Below, one piece after another: positions 13,082 through 26,996 of a stretch of 64,000 bases of DNA (its first letter is position 1; each line of letters begins with the position of its first letter). The notes beneath the pieces were generated by a model that saw only the letters and a program-made list of their open reading frames with translations, was not told where the DNA came from and searched no databases. A program made the position numbers and the translations under genes. Source of the stretch: Mobula hypostoma (Eukaryota); contig NC_086097.1 in assembly GCF_963921235.1 (NCBI RefSeq), forward strand, positions 144,276,001 to 144,340,000, in the 5' to 3' direction.

Positions 13082-13323
13082 CTTTATCCAACACAGGTCC
13101 AAAGATTGCCAGATTATCCTCAACAGTCGTGCAGTTCCATCTCCTTCCTCGAAACTGATGCTGGCATTCCTGAATCCCGATTTTCACTCCTTGTGCCACA
13201 CTGGGCATAATTTCCATGTAGTTCCGGCAAAACCTGAGCTGCTTTGGTACAAGGCCAGGGATACTTCCACACAGTATGGGCTGAGTTGCCAGAGTCGAGT
13301 ACTGATGACCAACTGCCAAAGAC
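13082..13323 (-). CDS. wnt3a: Wnt3a coding exon 2 (242 nt)
   Basis: Acceptor ggcag|G at 13324/13323, donor AAAG|gtaatt at 13082/13081. Encodes SLAVGHQYSTLATQPILCGSIPGLVPKQLRFCRNYMEIMPSVAQGVKIGIQECQHQFRGRRWNCTTVEDNLAIFGPVLDK. QPILC, KIGIQ and TTV are Wnt3a-type residues. Confidence 0.96.
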
Positions 13324-16079
13324 CTGCCCAGGACATGAAAAAAGGATCTTTTTAAACCAGAGGTCAAATGATTGAGCAGAGAACCTTCTCAGAATTTCCT
13401 TTATTTATGGTTGACAGACTTGTATCTTGTAATAGGTTATGTTTATCAGTATGAGCATAGGTGACATTCACTAATTATAAAGTCAGTTTTAATGCTAGGG
13501 TTTGAAAACAGAAACACAGTCCAAATGGTCCACAGTAGAAAATGCTGCATTTTATATAACACTCTTCATGACCTCAGGATGTCTTCATGTCTGTAGGAAA
13601 TCCTGAAAGCTTGCTTCTACAAACAGAAATGCAAAAAGTAAATAATATTTAAAAAATATAATGATGATTGAGGGATCATGATTAGCAAGAACACACTGCT
13701 TAATGTGATAACATTGCACTGATATGTCAGTCTAGATCTTGTGCATAAATCTATTGAGATTAGTTTGAACACATGATCTTCTGGGTCAGAGTTGAGCCAC
13801 TTCCGAGTCTTTGATCTGCTGACACACAGAGCAGAAACAATGAGATACCACCTCTCCACTTTCACACAACTTTACAATTTTACTTATTCCTGTGTTATTT
13901 CCAATTACCCATGTTGTTTTTTTATTCAAATAGAACATGAAACAGCAGAGGCAAATTGTTCAGCCCATTATGTTGTACCCAACTAATGAAATCAATGAAA
14001 CCTTCCCCACACAGCCTCAGCTGCTCTAGAGAAAACAGCTTGTCCAAACTCTCCTCATAGCACCTGTCCTCAAAAGCAGGTAGCGTTCTGGTAAATCTCA
14101 TCTGTACTCCTTACAGAGCCTCACTTCCTTCCTGAAATGAGGCAATACTGTAAATGATAATGAGAGAAATCTTAAGTATATTTTCTCTAATTTACCTTTT
14201 ATTAAACAAAAACATCTTTTATCACTTCTCCCAGGAAATTGCAGATGGAATAAGAAATGAGACAGAGGTTATGGTAAAGTTTATGAAACTGGCAGATGTT
14301 CCACCTTGGTCTTGGACATTCTCTCTTCACAGGATGTGTGGAAACAAGATTTCTTGATTTATTTTTACATAACCGCTTAGGAATTGTGTACTGTGTCCTC
14401 CCTGTGAACTTAATTTCTGCTCTACCCATTATTCACAAAATGTATTCTTCACATTTGTCTGTCAATTTCTACCATTAGGAACCAATATGTCAAAATTTTT
14501 CATTTAATTTTAATATTTTAGTTGTCATAGTTGGTCATATGAACAGGCTATTTGGTTGTTTGGTGAAGCAAATCTGCTCTCAACCACTTCAGTCTTGTAT
14601 ATAAAGCAAAATGTAATTACCAATAAATCACAGGAATTCACTAACCCTGTCATTTACTTTTCAAGTGGGCTACCTGCTCCATCTCCCTCCAAGTCATGAT
14701 ATCTGCATTCATATGTTTTAAGTAGAAATGGAATTTAATGAGTAAGGGAAGGGCTTGAGAGGAGATAAGAGAGAATTTATTTTTCATTACAAAATTATAA
14801 GTTCTTGAGCTCATTACTAGAAAGTGAGGTTGAAATGGATGTCTTTATCTTTTTCCAAAAATATATGGAGACATCTGAAGTGTCTCCAAGCTTGGGAATA
14901 AAAAATAGAGATTAGGATATGGTTTGGATGATACAACCTGATGACCTGATGAGCTAAGCAGCCTCCTTCTATGGCATTCTTACGATCCCATTCTGCTCTT
15001 GGTACGTGAAGCTTATCAGTGTAGAAAACAGAACAATTTCTCACTCTTTATGGAAATCTCCCATATTACTTCTCTCAATCTCTCCAAATCATTTTGCATT
15101 TGACATATTGCCTTACACACCCATACTCTTTGATGCTTAAGTAGGATTCTTTAGCATTACTGTACTTACCTCTATTCTTTACCTGTGACACTGACAGCTG
15201 TATCATCTTTGCCTAGCCACCTAAACTGAATACTGCCTATTGTTACCATGTGAGTATCTCATTCTCTGCTCCAATCCTTTGTTCAGAACTAATTCAATGT
15301 ATTTTGGATCAATTCCAAGAACTTAAAAACTCAACAAAAACAATCTGCCATGAACAGACATTTAACTCTTTTTCACTTCAACCTCAATCTTATAAACTCG
15401 TCTATGTGCAGTTTGACTGTTGTCTGTGTTCTCTCAAATGGATGAAAGTCCTGGATTCTGCCACAGGTCTCTTTTACAAAATGGTGTAAAAATTGGCAGT
15501 AAGTAATAATTACCATCCAGTGTGTCCCTGCTGGGAAGTGTATCTTTCTATGCAATGGCACAAAAGGTTAAAATTAGTTACTATGATGACTTTCCTTGAT
15601 TGAATGGCCTACTGGGTTTTATTTAATTTTTGGAATGAGGATGGTACTGAAAGGCAACATTTACAATCCATCTCTGATGGCTGGGGTTTCCTAAATTGGG
15701 ACATAAAATATAAAACTGGAATATTTATGATAAACCATCAGCTTCTGTGCAGCTGATGCACAGGTAATCTGAACTATTGACCCTGAATTTGCAACACTTG
15801 ACCCAAACATCAATGATTATCACTTAGATGGAGATTCTGTCCTTGGATTTTGAAGAGTCAGCAATGAATCCAAGATCTAGACACAAGCCTTACGTTGTTG
15901 ACCCATAGATCATTGCTAGAAGAGACAATAAATCTAAGACACTAATGAATGAGTGAGGTCAGGTCAATGATGTTTCATCAAACATCCAGAGGTGATAAAA
16001 AACTAGTTTTGGATTGGAAGTATTAACTTGGTTTCTCCCTCCACACTTGTCTGATCTGTTTTATGCCTGGACTCTGCAC

Positions 16080-16533
16080 CCAGTAATGACACACAATGGC
16101 TGTCCATCTTCCAGGACTCTGCATTGCTTATTAAAAAAACTATTGCTTTAGACAGGTAAGGTTCCAGTCACACTATCCAGGCCATGTTCTCCTCTTGCTG
16201 CTGCAATCAGAATAAGATACAGGAGCCTTAGGTTTCACACTACCAGGCTCAGGAACAATTATTATCCTTCAATCATCAGGCTCCTGAACCATTGTGGATA
16301 ACTTCACTCAGCTCTACACTGTATTTATTGCACAACCAATGGACTCGCTTTCACGGACTCTACAGCTCATGTACCCAGTATTATATATTTACACTGAATG
16401 CCAACCTTTGTAGTTTTCACTGACTCTATTGTACTTCTTTGTTGTACTATGAACATCTGCAATAAAATGAATTTCAGGCCAATATATGATGACATATACA
16501 TACGTTGATAATAAATTTACTTAGAAGTTTGAA
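16080..16533 (+). mobile_element. Degenerate Rex1/Babar-like LINE 3' end
   Basis: caccaggctcaggaacaattattatcc...catcaggctcctgaac and tail gataataaatttact; parallels 19876-20474. Confidence 0.6.
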
Positions 16534-19500
16534 CACAGATCACCACCTGGAAGAGATTACTGTGCTTGTTTTAAGGCCATTATTAATAGGTAAACTATGT
16601 GAAAGCTCATCAATTTGTTTTGAAAGTTTTCAGAGATAATCCAGAGGCAATTATTTTCTACAGTCCCTCCCATTGTCAATGATCCTATCAACCCCACATT
16701 TCAAAGGCTCATTTTATTGTCAAAGTGTGCATGTACAATACAACTCTGATATTTGCCAACTCCAAATAGCCACTAAATGAAGAAAGACCACCATGTTGAT
16801 GAAAGGAAAAAACATCAATTCCCCCCTCATATGAAAAATAAAAGAAACAAAACTCCCCCTCCCCGCAGCAAAAAAAAGCAGCCACAGCAGCAATCACCAA
16901 CACCCTACACCCTTCAAGCACCACATTCTTCCTGCTTTGTTCCCCTTTTTCTAGCCATCTTCCCTCTCCCTTTTCTCTTCCCACAACTACCATTAACAGT
17001 GGCAATTGTTTAGCCTTGACCACCAGATTCACAGAAGATCTAGATGTATGTCTCACTGACCTTTTGGAAGCTTGCCATATTGCATATAGCTGCCACAATG
17101 CCTGCAAAACACTCATATTAATTCAATATAATTTTTCATAGTTGAGGTCCTTTCAACTACTTCAGAGAAATGTGCATGAAATCAGATGCAGTTCCCATTC
17201 TTTTTCTAAACAATGACTCATCTCTTTTGCACAAAATTAAGAAATTAATCTTTATGTGCATATTATTCAAAGTACACTATAGATGCCAGCTGACCAACCC
17301 TGTAACATATTTTTTCTGTAAATAATGCACGGGAAACTCTGTTATTCTTGACTTAACATTCCAGTTACCTGTTATTCAATATCATTACCTGCCAATCTAG
17401 AAAACTGGCAAAAGGTCGCTGGCAGCTTCAAAAAACTTGGCAACATGAGAATAAGCAAGATAGATGTACACAACATTTCTGGCTTTGGGTTGAAGAAAAA
17501 CCAATACAGACATGCCTTTAAATTCAGTTGCATTAATGTTATTTTTTAAGTGTTATACAAACAAAATATATTTTAAGTGGAATATGGTAACAATAATTTT
17601 ATGTTAATCAGAAAATTTGATTGGAGACTTCCTGGTGTGAGTCACTCTTGAAATCCTGATGTGAGTTTTGTATCAGGCTCACACACAATGATATCATTCC
17701 TTATGCAGTTCCGTTTTTGAGATGTCGCTTGAGAACTTGGTCACATTGTCTTAAAGGGCCTTCTGTTGGGCATTCCTAGGCTAATTGTTTAACTTGCACA
17801 AAACTGAACTGGAAAGCCCACATGCTAAGTAATTACTTCATCTGTGTTCCTCCATCGGCTGCCCCCTCCAAACATCCACCATGAACTGATTGATGCTACC
17901 ACGTCCACTGGTTTCCAGCCTGATCTCCTGATCTGTGAATCTGTGGCCTGTGAGTTGTGTTCTGAGTCTTTAACCTATTAATACATCAGCAAGAGGACAA
18001 CCTACCATGAAATATGAAACGTCATGTAGTTTAGGAAGAATTTTACCAATCAATGTCCCATTGTTCATATTGACCACTTTTTTGATATATGTTCCTCAGG
18101 CATTCTTTGACAATTCTCACTACAGCATTTGATGTTGGTTAAAATTATGAATCGAGTTGATCCAAGACTAGTTTTGACAGTATTCTGCAGCATGAGAGAA
18201 ACAGATCTCAATTCTCCAATAATATATTCTGCTGTGCTACAAAACTCAATACTTCTCATCAATCCATTTTGCGTGACTATCTGTGAGTCTAAAGGTTTAA
18301 TCAGTCGCCTCATACAGTAATCAACTGCTTTCATGCTTGTAATTTATTTCAGACTGTTCAGTAAGACTTTCTTCAACAAATTTGTGCTTTCAATCTACTT
18401 GGTACAAACATTCTGTCTTCACAACCTTGTTCAACCACCATCTCATTGTATACTATGTGGTATGACCTTCTTACTTTGAACATTTGACAGTCATTTTTTA
18501 AGCTTATTCATGGATTTCTAGTAGAAGTATATTATTTTGTGTTTTTTTTTGCTTTCTTTATTACTATAGTTAGAAAATTATCCACAATGTGAAGGTCACA
18601 CATTCAATGAATTCTGTGGCTTTTTTTTCTACTGTGAGATTTTCTCTTTATGAAGAATTTATGCTACCAGAATTGTTTTGATTGTGGGCTATTGTTTTGG
18701 CAGTTAAGGCATCCTGCTGTTTTGACTTAATGTACATACTATGGTTTCCATTACACTTATAACAGCAATTTGCTCAAGTCTCACCCACATACATTATATT
18801 TTACTTTGAAATTCTAGCCTTTGCTGTCGTTCTATGACTGTAAACTGTCAACACGTTGAATGGATTGGAGGAAGTTCTTTACTACTCATTAATGTCATCT
18901 CTATAAATGTTATTTTGCAAGATCAATGTGAGAATATGTGTTTTATGACTTATACTGAATTTATTGATTAAATCACAAAGTCTAAGAAAGAACATAAAGT
19001 AAGCCATTATATTTTGTGCATCTTCTCCACTTCTCAATAGGGTCATGACTCGCCTTCTATCTCAATATCACCATCATGGACTGACCTCATCTCCCTTGAT
19101 CCCTTAGCATCCAAAAACCTATTGATCTCTGCCTTGAATATATTCAATGACTGAACAGTGTGAATTCAAAGACTCATCTCCTTTACCATGAGGAAGTTTC
19201 TTGCCACCTCAGTCCTGTTTGGCTAACCATATATGTTGAGGCTATTATCTTTGGTGCCAAACCCCACAGCAAGGGAACTATCAGCGCTGGCGACTACCCT
19301 AACAAGTCTCATAAAGATTTTGTATGTTTCAGTGAGATCACCTCATTCGCTTAGTTACTCATCATATGACAAACCTTCCATTGCAGAAATCAGTCTGGTG
19401 AAACATTGCTGCATTCTTCCTATTGCAAATAAGAAGACCAATCCTATACACAATATTCTAGTTGCCTTCTCATTCTGAGTCTACTTGGTTGGAGCAAGAT

Positions 19501-19559
19501 ATCTATACTCTTGTCCTGGACCCGGCACGTAAGTTCAATTGCGCAGAAAGCACTATTTC

Positions 19560-19872
19560 ATAAGAACACAAGAAGAGAGGAAATAGGAGCAGGAGTTGGC
19601 CATCTGGCCCATTGACCCTGCTCTGTCATTCAATAAGATTGTGGCTGATCTGGCCATGGACTCATCTCCACCTGCTTGCCTTTTCCCCAAAACCCTTGAT
19701 TCCCCTACTATGCAAAAATCTATCCAAACTTGCCTTAAGTATATTTACTGAGGTAGGCGTCCACTGCTTCATTGGGCAGAGGATTTCAAAGATTCACCAC
19801 TCTTTGGGAAAAGCAGTTCTTCCTCATCTCTGTCATAAATCTACTCCCCCAAATCTTGAGGCTATGTCCCCA
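19560..19872 (-). mobile_element. CR1 LINE 3' end
   Basis: aggagcaggagttggccatc...gattcaccactct...ttcctcatctc; same 3' architecture as the other minus-strand CR1 copies. Confidence 0.75.
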
Positions 19873-19875
19873 TAG

Positions 19876-20474
19876 GGGTCTTCAGGAGTCTGCAGAGCTT
19901 CAGCATGAATCTTCCACTTTGATAAACGTCTATAAATGTGTAGAAGCTTGATAAACTTCTATAGATGTGTAGTGGAGAGAATATTGACAGGTTGCATTAT
20001 GGCCTGGTATGGGAACATCAATACCTTTGAATGGAAAATCCTACAAAAGGTAATGGATTGGGCCCAGTACATCACAGATAAAATTCTCCCAACCATTGAA
20101 CACATCAACGTGAAATGTTGTCATAGGAAAGCAGCATCCATCATCAGGGATCCCCAACACCCAGGAAATGCTCTCTTCTCACTGCTGCCATTAGGTAGAA
20201 GGTACAAGAGCTTCAGGACTCGCATCACTAGGTTCAAGAACAAGTACTACCCCTCAACTATCAGGCTCTTGAACAAAAGAGGAAAACTACACACCCGTGC
20301 CCCATAATGGAAATGTTCCCACAAACAATGATCTCATTGAATTCTGCACTCTGCTTGATCTTTCATTGATCCTGTTATAGTTACTATTCTACAGATTTGC
20401 CCACAGAAAAATGAACTTCAGGGTCGTATATGGAGTATATGTACTTCGATAATAAATTTACTTTGAACTTTGAA
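19876..20474 (+). mobile_element. Rex1/Babar-like LINE 3' fragment
   Basis: ORF 19936-20307 NFYRCVVERILTGCIMAWYGN...RFKNKYYPSTIRLLN; tail aataaatttactttgaactttga. Confidence 0.8.
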
Positions 20475-21361
20475 TTCACTATAAATTAAGATCAATGTAC
20501 ATTTTGCCATCTTAATTGCCTGCTGCAGCTGCATATTTACTTCCAGTGATTTGAATATAAGAGCACTTGTCTCCCTCTGATATGCCCTATCATTTAAGAT
20601 TACTCTGCCTTTCTGGTTTTCTTACGGTGGCATCACTAAGTATGAAAGATGCATTGTTGAGCAATGAGACAATACACTGTCCCACTTGACTTCCAACTCT
20701 TTCTTCCAAATTCATATCTCTTCTAAATTTCAGATTAATAGTCCGATAACTTTTGTAGCATTTTGCTAAGGAAGATGTCATTTGATTTATGCAGTGCACT
20801 TCAGAACACATTAAGCTTGAGATCCAGTAGTATGGCACCAATATGTGCAAGCAAGCTATTTAATCTGCCTCCTCTAGAGTATGACTGGTATTCTCTTCCT
20901 TGCTTAGTTTAACAGTTAGTCATAACTATGCTTATTAACTTTGATCATGCCTCAAACTGCTGCTTTGGCCATCATTGCCATTGGCTCGGAGATAAGGCTC
21001 TTCATCTGACACAAAGTCTACAGTTTCTTTACATCACATGACGTCTACTCTTTGCATCCTCAATGCTAGTTTGTAATGCAGGTGAAAGTAGTAATACCTG
21101 TGCACATGTTCCACCTGGGTGTAGTTTGGTTAACATTGGGAATCACAGGAATGACACCCAGAACTGTTGGAACATGCACATTGTCTAGATTGTCAGAAGC
21201 TTCTTCTAGTGCAACTTTGCTCTAAAATATAAGGCCAGACCATTATGAAGGCTAATTTTCTACAAGAAAATATCATAACTATTTTTTTGCAAGTGATATT
21301 TAGGTAAATAATTTTAAATCTGAGATTGAAACATCATTAAGTTATGTAATAGAGGCACATA

Positions 21362-23399
21362 CAGTACCTTGAACTGTAGGTACTGAAGGGTAGCAGACAC
21401 CAACAGAATCAACAGACTCATTCGTAAGGCCAGTGATGTTGTGGGGATGGAACTGGACTCTCTCACGGTGGTGTCTGAAAAGAGGATGCTGTCCAAGTTG
21501 CATGCCATCTTGGACAATGTCTCCCATCCACTACATAATGGACTGGGTGGGCACAGGAGTACATTCAGCCAGAGACTCGTTCCACTGAGATGCAACACAG
21601 AGCGTCATAAGAAGTCATTCCTGCCTGTGGCCATTAAACTTTACAACTCCTCCCTTGGAGGATCAGACACCCTGAGCCAATAGGCTGGTCATGGACTTAT
21701 TTCCTGGCATAATTTACATATTACTATTTAACTATTTATGGTTTTATTACTATTTAATTATTTATGGTGCAACTGTAACGAAAACCAATTTCCCCTGGGA
21801 TCAATAAAGTATGACTATGACTATGACTATGAAAAAGTATTCAGCCCCCTCAACTATTTCACATTTTACTGCCTCATTTTCTAAATTTACAACATATTGA
21901 AGCAGGATTTTTTGAGCTCACCTAGAACATTGGAGTCATGTCAAATCGAAAGACAAATTCCATAATCTGTCAACAATTTACTAAAAATTAAAAACAAATC
22001 GTAATGCTGAAAAACTATCCATCCCCTTTGTAATTACTATGCTAACTTTCCTCAGCTGCAATACTGTGTATTACTCTACCAATTCATTCAATTTGTTGAA
22101 GCAGAAAATTGGAGGATCACCTGAATAAATACTTCCTCTCTATAACGTCCAACAGTATAGCAGATTTTCAACAGACCAAACCAAATTAAGACAAAGGAGC
22201 ATTCAAGGCAAGTCATGGAAATGTTAATAGAGAAGCTGGGGAAGGTACAAGATAATCTCAAAGGCATTGAATGTACCTTAGAGCTCGGTGCAGTTCATGG
22301 TGAAAAATGGGAAAAATATGCAACCACAGCCATACTGCCGACGTCAGGCCACCCCTCTAAACTTAGTTGCTGGAGAAGTATGGCTCTTGTAAGAGAGGCT
22401 ACTGTGATGCCAGCAATCACTCTGAGTGAGCTGCAAAGTCAATAGCTGCAACTGGAGATGAAATTTATGGCTCCGTAATCCCTAAGACCTTGCACAAAAA
22501 GGGGATTTATGGAAGAATTGCAAGGAAGAAACTTTGGCTAAGAGAATAAAAGCATATCCTTGCCCGTAAAGACTTTGCAAAGTGTCACTTACAAGATACT
22601 GTAAAGATGTGGCAGAAAGTCTTGCGGTCGGATGAGACTAAGGTGGAAATTTTTGGCCTCAACAGAGGTACGTGTGGCATAAATTTAATACTGCGCATCA
22701 ACCACGTAACACCATCCCTTCTTTAAAGATAGTGAAGGTAGCGTCATGCTATGGAGATGCTTTTCAGCAGCAGAGACTGAAAATCTGGTCAGGATTGAAG
22801 GGAAGATGAATGCTGCCAGATATAGAGAGATCCTGGATTAAAACCTGCTAGAATCTGTCAGACTAGGGAGGCAATTTGTCTTTCAACAGGACAACAACCC
22901 AAAGCACACTGCTAGAGCAACCGTGGAGTGGCTTGAAATGAAGAAAATTGATGTCCTTGAGTGACCCAGTCAGAGTCCTAACCTTAACCTGATTAAACTT
23001 CTCTGGCAAGACCTCAAAATTACTATCCATTGCCACTCCTCAACTACCCTGGCACAGCTTGAGGAATTTTACAAGGAGGAATGGGCAAATCTTGTTCCAT
23101 CATGTTGTGCAAAGCTAACAGAGGCTTCTTCAAAAAGACTATTGGCTGTAATAGCTGTGAGAGGTGGTTCAACTAGGTACTGAGCAAAGAGGGATAAATA
23201 CTTTTGAACTGCTATCACTTCAGCTTTAGAATTTTTAATTTTTAGGGCTTTACAATCTTCTCTGTTTTGGACTCTCCTGTGAAGAAATAAACATGTGATT
23301 CACAAATAAAAATTCTCAATTAAATTGATCAAAATCCCCAGTTCTAATACTCATTTATGTGAACAAAGGGTTGTGTCTGAATACTTTTATAAGGCACTC
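21362..23399 (+). mobile_element. Tc1-like DNA transposon (decayed transposase); left TIR split by a LINE
   Basis: TA|cagtaccttga[insert]aaaagtattcag versus right end ctgaatacttttataaggcactc|TA. Transposase motifs SDETKVEIFG (~22627), [10 protein letters not shown] (~22881), *PSQSPNLNLI (~22961). Internal repeats of the TIR motif at about 22010 and 23190. Confidence 0.9.
21374..21829 (+). mobile_element. Rex1/Babar-like LINE 3' end inserted in the Tc1 TIR
   Basis: ORF 21441-21683 (SHPLH...RHKKSFLPVAIKLYN), aataaa plus (TATGAC)n tail, tgaa duplicated at 21370-21373 and 21830-21833. Confidence 0.85.
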
Positions 23400-23789
23400 T
23401 AAATGGAGCAAGATTCAGTTAAACAAACGAGGTGTTGCCGGTTTGACCTATCTTCAGAAGATTGGCATTTTTCTCTTCCCCTTCAATTCAGCCAAGCTCT
23501 CTTCCCACCTTGCCCTATCCTTCACTTCAATTTCCCCTCAACCCACTTCTCCACTTTGCCAGATCATACTATAAAATATAAGGGGTTAGAAAGACTGGTG
23601 CACAACCATGTGTCACCATTCCACTTCATTTCAATTTGAAGTTAAAATTGATGTATAATAAAGGGAGCCTCACCTTGTAACTAACACATGTTACAATTGT
23701 TTTTGGTGTGTCCCAAGAAAAAATATACAGGCAGCTTCACTTCTCATTCAATTTTGTGCTGTCCATGATTTAACCAGCCAATGTGTGTA

Positions 23790-24037
23790 TGTGGCCTTCT
23801 GCTGCTGTAACCCATCCACTTCACGGCTAGATATGCTGTGCATTCAGAGATGCTCTTCTGCACACTACTGTTGTAACGTTACAGTTGCCTTCCTGTCAGC
23901 TTGAACCAGTCTGGCCATTCTTCTTTGACCTTTCCCATTAAAAAGGCATTTTCATCCACAGAACTGTTCTTTACTGGATTCTTTCTCACACTACTCTCTG
24001 AAAAGCTCTAGAGACCGTTGTGTGTGAAAATCCCATG
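23790..24037 (-). mobile_element. Internal fragment of a second Tc1-like family
   Basis: The minus strand reads like a Tc1 transposase N-terminal region (ggccagactggttcaagctgacaggaaggc...gcagaagagcatctctgaa). Recognised from recall of the family; no TIR here. Confidence 0.55.
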
Positions 24038-25217
24038 AGATGTAGTGTATATGGATTTCAGCAAGGCATTTGATAAGGTTCCCCATGCAAGGCATATTGA
24101 GAAATTTAGGAGGCATGGGATCCAGGGGACCTTGCTTTATGGATTCAGAACTGGCTTGCCCACAGAAAGCAAAGAATGGCTGTAGACGGGTAATATCCTG
24201 CATGGAGGTTGGTGACCAATGGCGTGCCTCAGGGATCTGTTCTGGGACCTCTACTCTTCATGATTTTTACAAATGACCTGGACGAAGAAGTGGAGGGATG
24301 GGTTAGTAAATTTTCTGATGACACAAAGGTTGGAGGTGTTGTGGATAGTGTGGAGGGCTGTCAACGGTTACAGCGGGACATTGATGGGATGCAAAACTGG
24401 GCTGAGAAGTGGCAGATGGAGATCAACCCAGATAAGTGTGAGGTGGTTCATTTTGGTAGGGCAAATATGATGACAGAATATAGTATTAATGGTAAGACTC
24501 TTGGCAGTGTGGAGGATCAGAGGGATCTTGGGGTCCGAGTCCATAGGATACTCAAAGCTGTTGCGCAGGTTGACTGTGGTTAGGAAGGCATACGGTGCAT
24601 TGGCCTTCATCAATTGTGGGGTTGAGTTTAGGAACTGAGAGGTAATGTTACAGCTATATAGGACCCTGGTCAGACCCCACTTGGAGTACTGTGCTCAGTT
24701 CTGGTCACCTCACTACAGGAAGGATGTGGAAACCATAGAAAGGGTGCAGAGGAGATTTACAAGGATGTTGCCTGGGTTGGGGAGCATGCCTTATGAGAAT
24801 AGGTTGAGTGAACTTGGCCTTTTCTCCTTGGAGCGACGGAGGATGAGAGGTGACCTCATAGAGGTGTATAAGATGATGAAAGGCATTGATCATATGTGGA
24901 TAGTCAGAGGCGTTTTCCCAGGGTTGAAATGACTAACACAAGAGGGCATAGTTTTAAGGTGCTGGAAGCAGGTACGGAGGGGATGTCAGGGGTAAGGTTT
25001 TTACGCAGAGAGTGGTGAGTGCGTGGAATGGGCTTCCGGCGACGGTGGTGGAGGCGGATACAATAGGGTTTTTTAAGGGACTCCTGGGTCGGTACATGGA
25101 GCTTAGAAAAGTAGAGGGCTATGGGTAACTTTAGGTAATTTCTAAAGTAATTACATGTTCGGCACAGCATTGTGGGCTGAAGGGCCTGTAATTTGCTGTA
25201 GGTTTTCTATGTTTCTA
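24038..25217 (+). mobile_element. 5'-truncated CR1 LINE
   Basis: DVVYMDFSKAFDK at the start; ORFs 24209-24583 (GVPQGSVLGP, FSDDTK) and 24645-24932 (LVRPHLEYC); tail ttttctatgtttcta. Confidence 0.93.
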
Positions 25218-25412
25218 AAGAAATTCTAGAATTCGGGATTAGTTAGAGCTGATCAATTGATGACGGTTGATTGAAGTCATAGGATTAATTATCAGGGATT
25301 GAATCAATGGTTTCAGAATATGAATGGCAGTATGGAATGGGGGAAACTCAATGGTCACATGGGATGGGTTTGGTGTAGGAAGGGAATTAAATAACGATCT
25401 CTAATTATAATG

Positions 25413-25706
25413 TTAAAGTTAAAGTCTGTCCCAAGCCTTGTGGCCCATCAGGCCAGTGCTTAGGCCAGTTTCTGTGGTGTGAAGCGACTGAGAGTATGAT
25501 ATTCACCCCCCCCCCAGATAGGACGCCAGTCTATCACAAGGTTAACCCCCAGCATTTGCCGGTACCCATTTTCAGCTGGGTGGACTGGAGCAGTGTGTGG
25601 TTAAGTGCCTTGCTCAAAGACACAACATGCTGTCTTGGCCGAGACTCGAACCCACAACCTTCAGATCAAGAGCCCAATGCCTTAACCACTTGGCCACGTG
25701 CCGCAC
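25413..25706 (-). mobile_element. tRNA-derived CORE-like SINE, family A
   Basis: Minus-strand head tggccaagtggttaagg (A box) and ggttcgagtc (B box), CORE-like ttgagcaaggcacttaacc, (ACTTTA) tail. 12-bp TSD ctaattataatg at 25401-25412 and 25707-25718. Confidence 0.85.
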
Positions 25707-25889
25707 CTAATTATAATGGGAAGCCTGAAAACAATCTGGGTAAATGCTTACATTGAGGGTTCCTTGTGCAGGCTGGAGTCCAATCAGTCAGGATACTCAT
25801 GACTGCAATGGGCTTCACAGTGGCTGTGAAAGTCTGTTCCTGCATGAGTGGCCCATGGATTTTGCAAATAACATCATTGTGTTACATAT

Positions 25890-26013
25890 AACAACACACA
25901 TCAAAGTTGCTGGTGAACGCAGCAGGCCAGGCAGCATCTCTAGGAAGAGGTACAGTCGACGTTTCAGGCCGAGACCCTTCGTCAGGACTAACTGAAGGGA
26001 GAGTTAGTAAGAG
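25890..26013 (-). mobile_element. Penelope-type short repeat (pLTR-like) carrying a hammerhead
   Basis: Near-identical to the reverse complement of 41650-41770. Family also at about 40741, 47505, 49885, 50628, 59750 and 60675. Confidence 0.7.
25954..25989 (-). ncRNA. Minimal type I hammerhead ribozyme (intact core), sense to wnt3a
   Basis: Minus strand AGUC-CUGACGA-AGGGUCUCGGCCU-GAAA-CGUC-GACU: conserved CUGANGA and GAAA boxes, GUC triplet, stem I AGUC/GACU, palindromic ACGU stem III. Confidence 0.75.
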
Positions 26014-26052
26014 ATCCTGTTGTATGTTGATTGTGTTACATATGGCTGATAT

Positions 26053-26821
26053 CATTGGACAACAAAGATTTTGCTTCCTGAATACTTTTCTATGTATCTT
26101 CTTGATTTTGGGCTACTCGTTCTGAAAATCGCCATGAGATTTCCCTATCACACTAATTTTTTCAAATCGCCTATGTTTGTTATTTAAATTCATAATTCAA
26201 GTCAATTAAAATGTTGCCCACAATGTAAGCTGCAAAGGTTTCTCTCTTGTCCAGGCTTGCCAGTTGATCCATAAATAAAACAGGTCATCAATGATGGCAT
26301 TCAAGGATGTTGTTGAAAATTTTCTTGGCAATGACAGAGTACCAAACTACGTGCAGCTGTTTGACAACATGCTTCAGGATCACAAAACCATGAAGTAAAA
26401 CCTATCACTTCAAGTTTATTTTCTGCATTCCCATTTAGACTTTTTCCCTGCAAATCTTGGTGCTGTCAGTGATGAGCATGGTGAAAAATTTCACCAGGAT
26501 ATTGCGGGCTTAGAGAAACGGTATCAGGGCAGCTGGAATCTATCAATGCTCGCTGATTATTGTTGGACACTTTAGTGAGAAGTCTCAGAGTATAAATGAA
26601 AATCATCAAGAAAACATTTTTAGCTTTGTTGAACTATTGCAAAGCATCAACGCTGTTACGCAATCAAATACATTGCATTCAATGAAAGTTAATTTCTTGT
26701 TTCTCCAAATTCCTACGTGATACACGTAGTCTGAAATTATACTTGTGTTCAACTTCAAACAGTCTATCCTAACAAAAAAAATCTAAGGAAGCAACACTTT
26801 TGAAAAATTTGTTATCCAGTG
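26053..26821 (+). mobile_element. Internally deleted Chapaev3-like (CMC) DNA transposon
   Basis: Ends cattggacaacaaa... and ...tttgttatccagtg with TAT on both sides. Transposase C-terminal remnant AFKDVVENFLGN...FLHSHLDFFPANLGAVSDEHGEKFHQDIAGLEKRYQGSWNLSMLADYCWTL at about 26297-26575. Confidence 0.8.
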
Positions 26822-26996
26822 TATTCAAGTACATTTATAAAAGCAATGGTGCTTCAAAGCACCATGAATAAAGCTACGTTAATAAACATTAGCAATATAC
26901 TAAATTATGCTAGACACAAACAATGAAAATATATATTGTTGCTATAAATTCCAAGTCGACATTATATCTGCATTGTACTATAAAACAAACCATTTT

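Noticed and set aside
1..13323. Calling the gene wnt3 instead of wnt3a
   Set aside because: QPILC, KIGIQ, CTTV, EGTA, SAMNRH and WWSQPDF match Wnt3a. A few residues (ILDHM, LCGS, KY.LFK) are Wnt3-like, so synteny or phylogeny would give final proof.
17015..17040. Minus-strand ATC TGG TG|gt resembling the end of wnt3a exon 1
   Set aside because: An in-frame TGA lies immediately upstream, and there is no YP or signal peptide.
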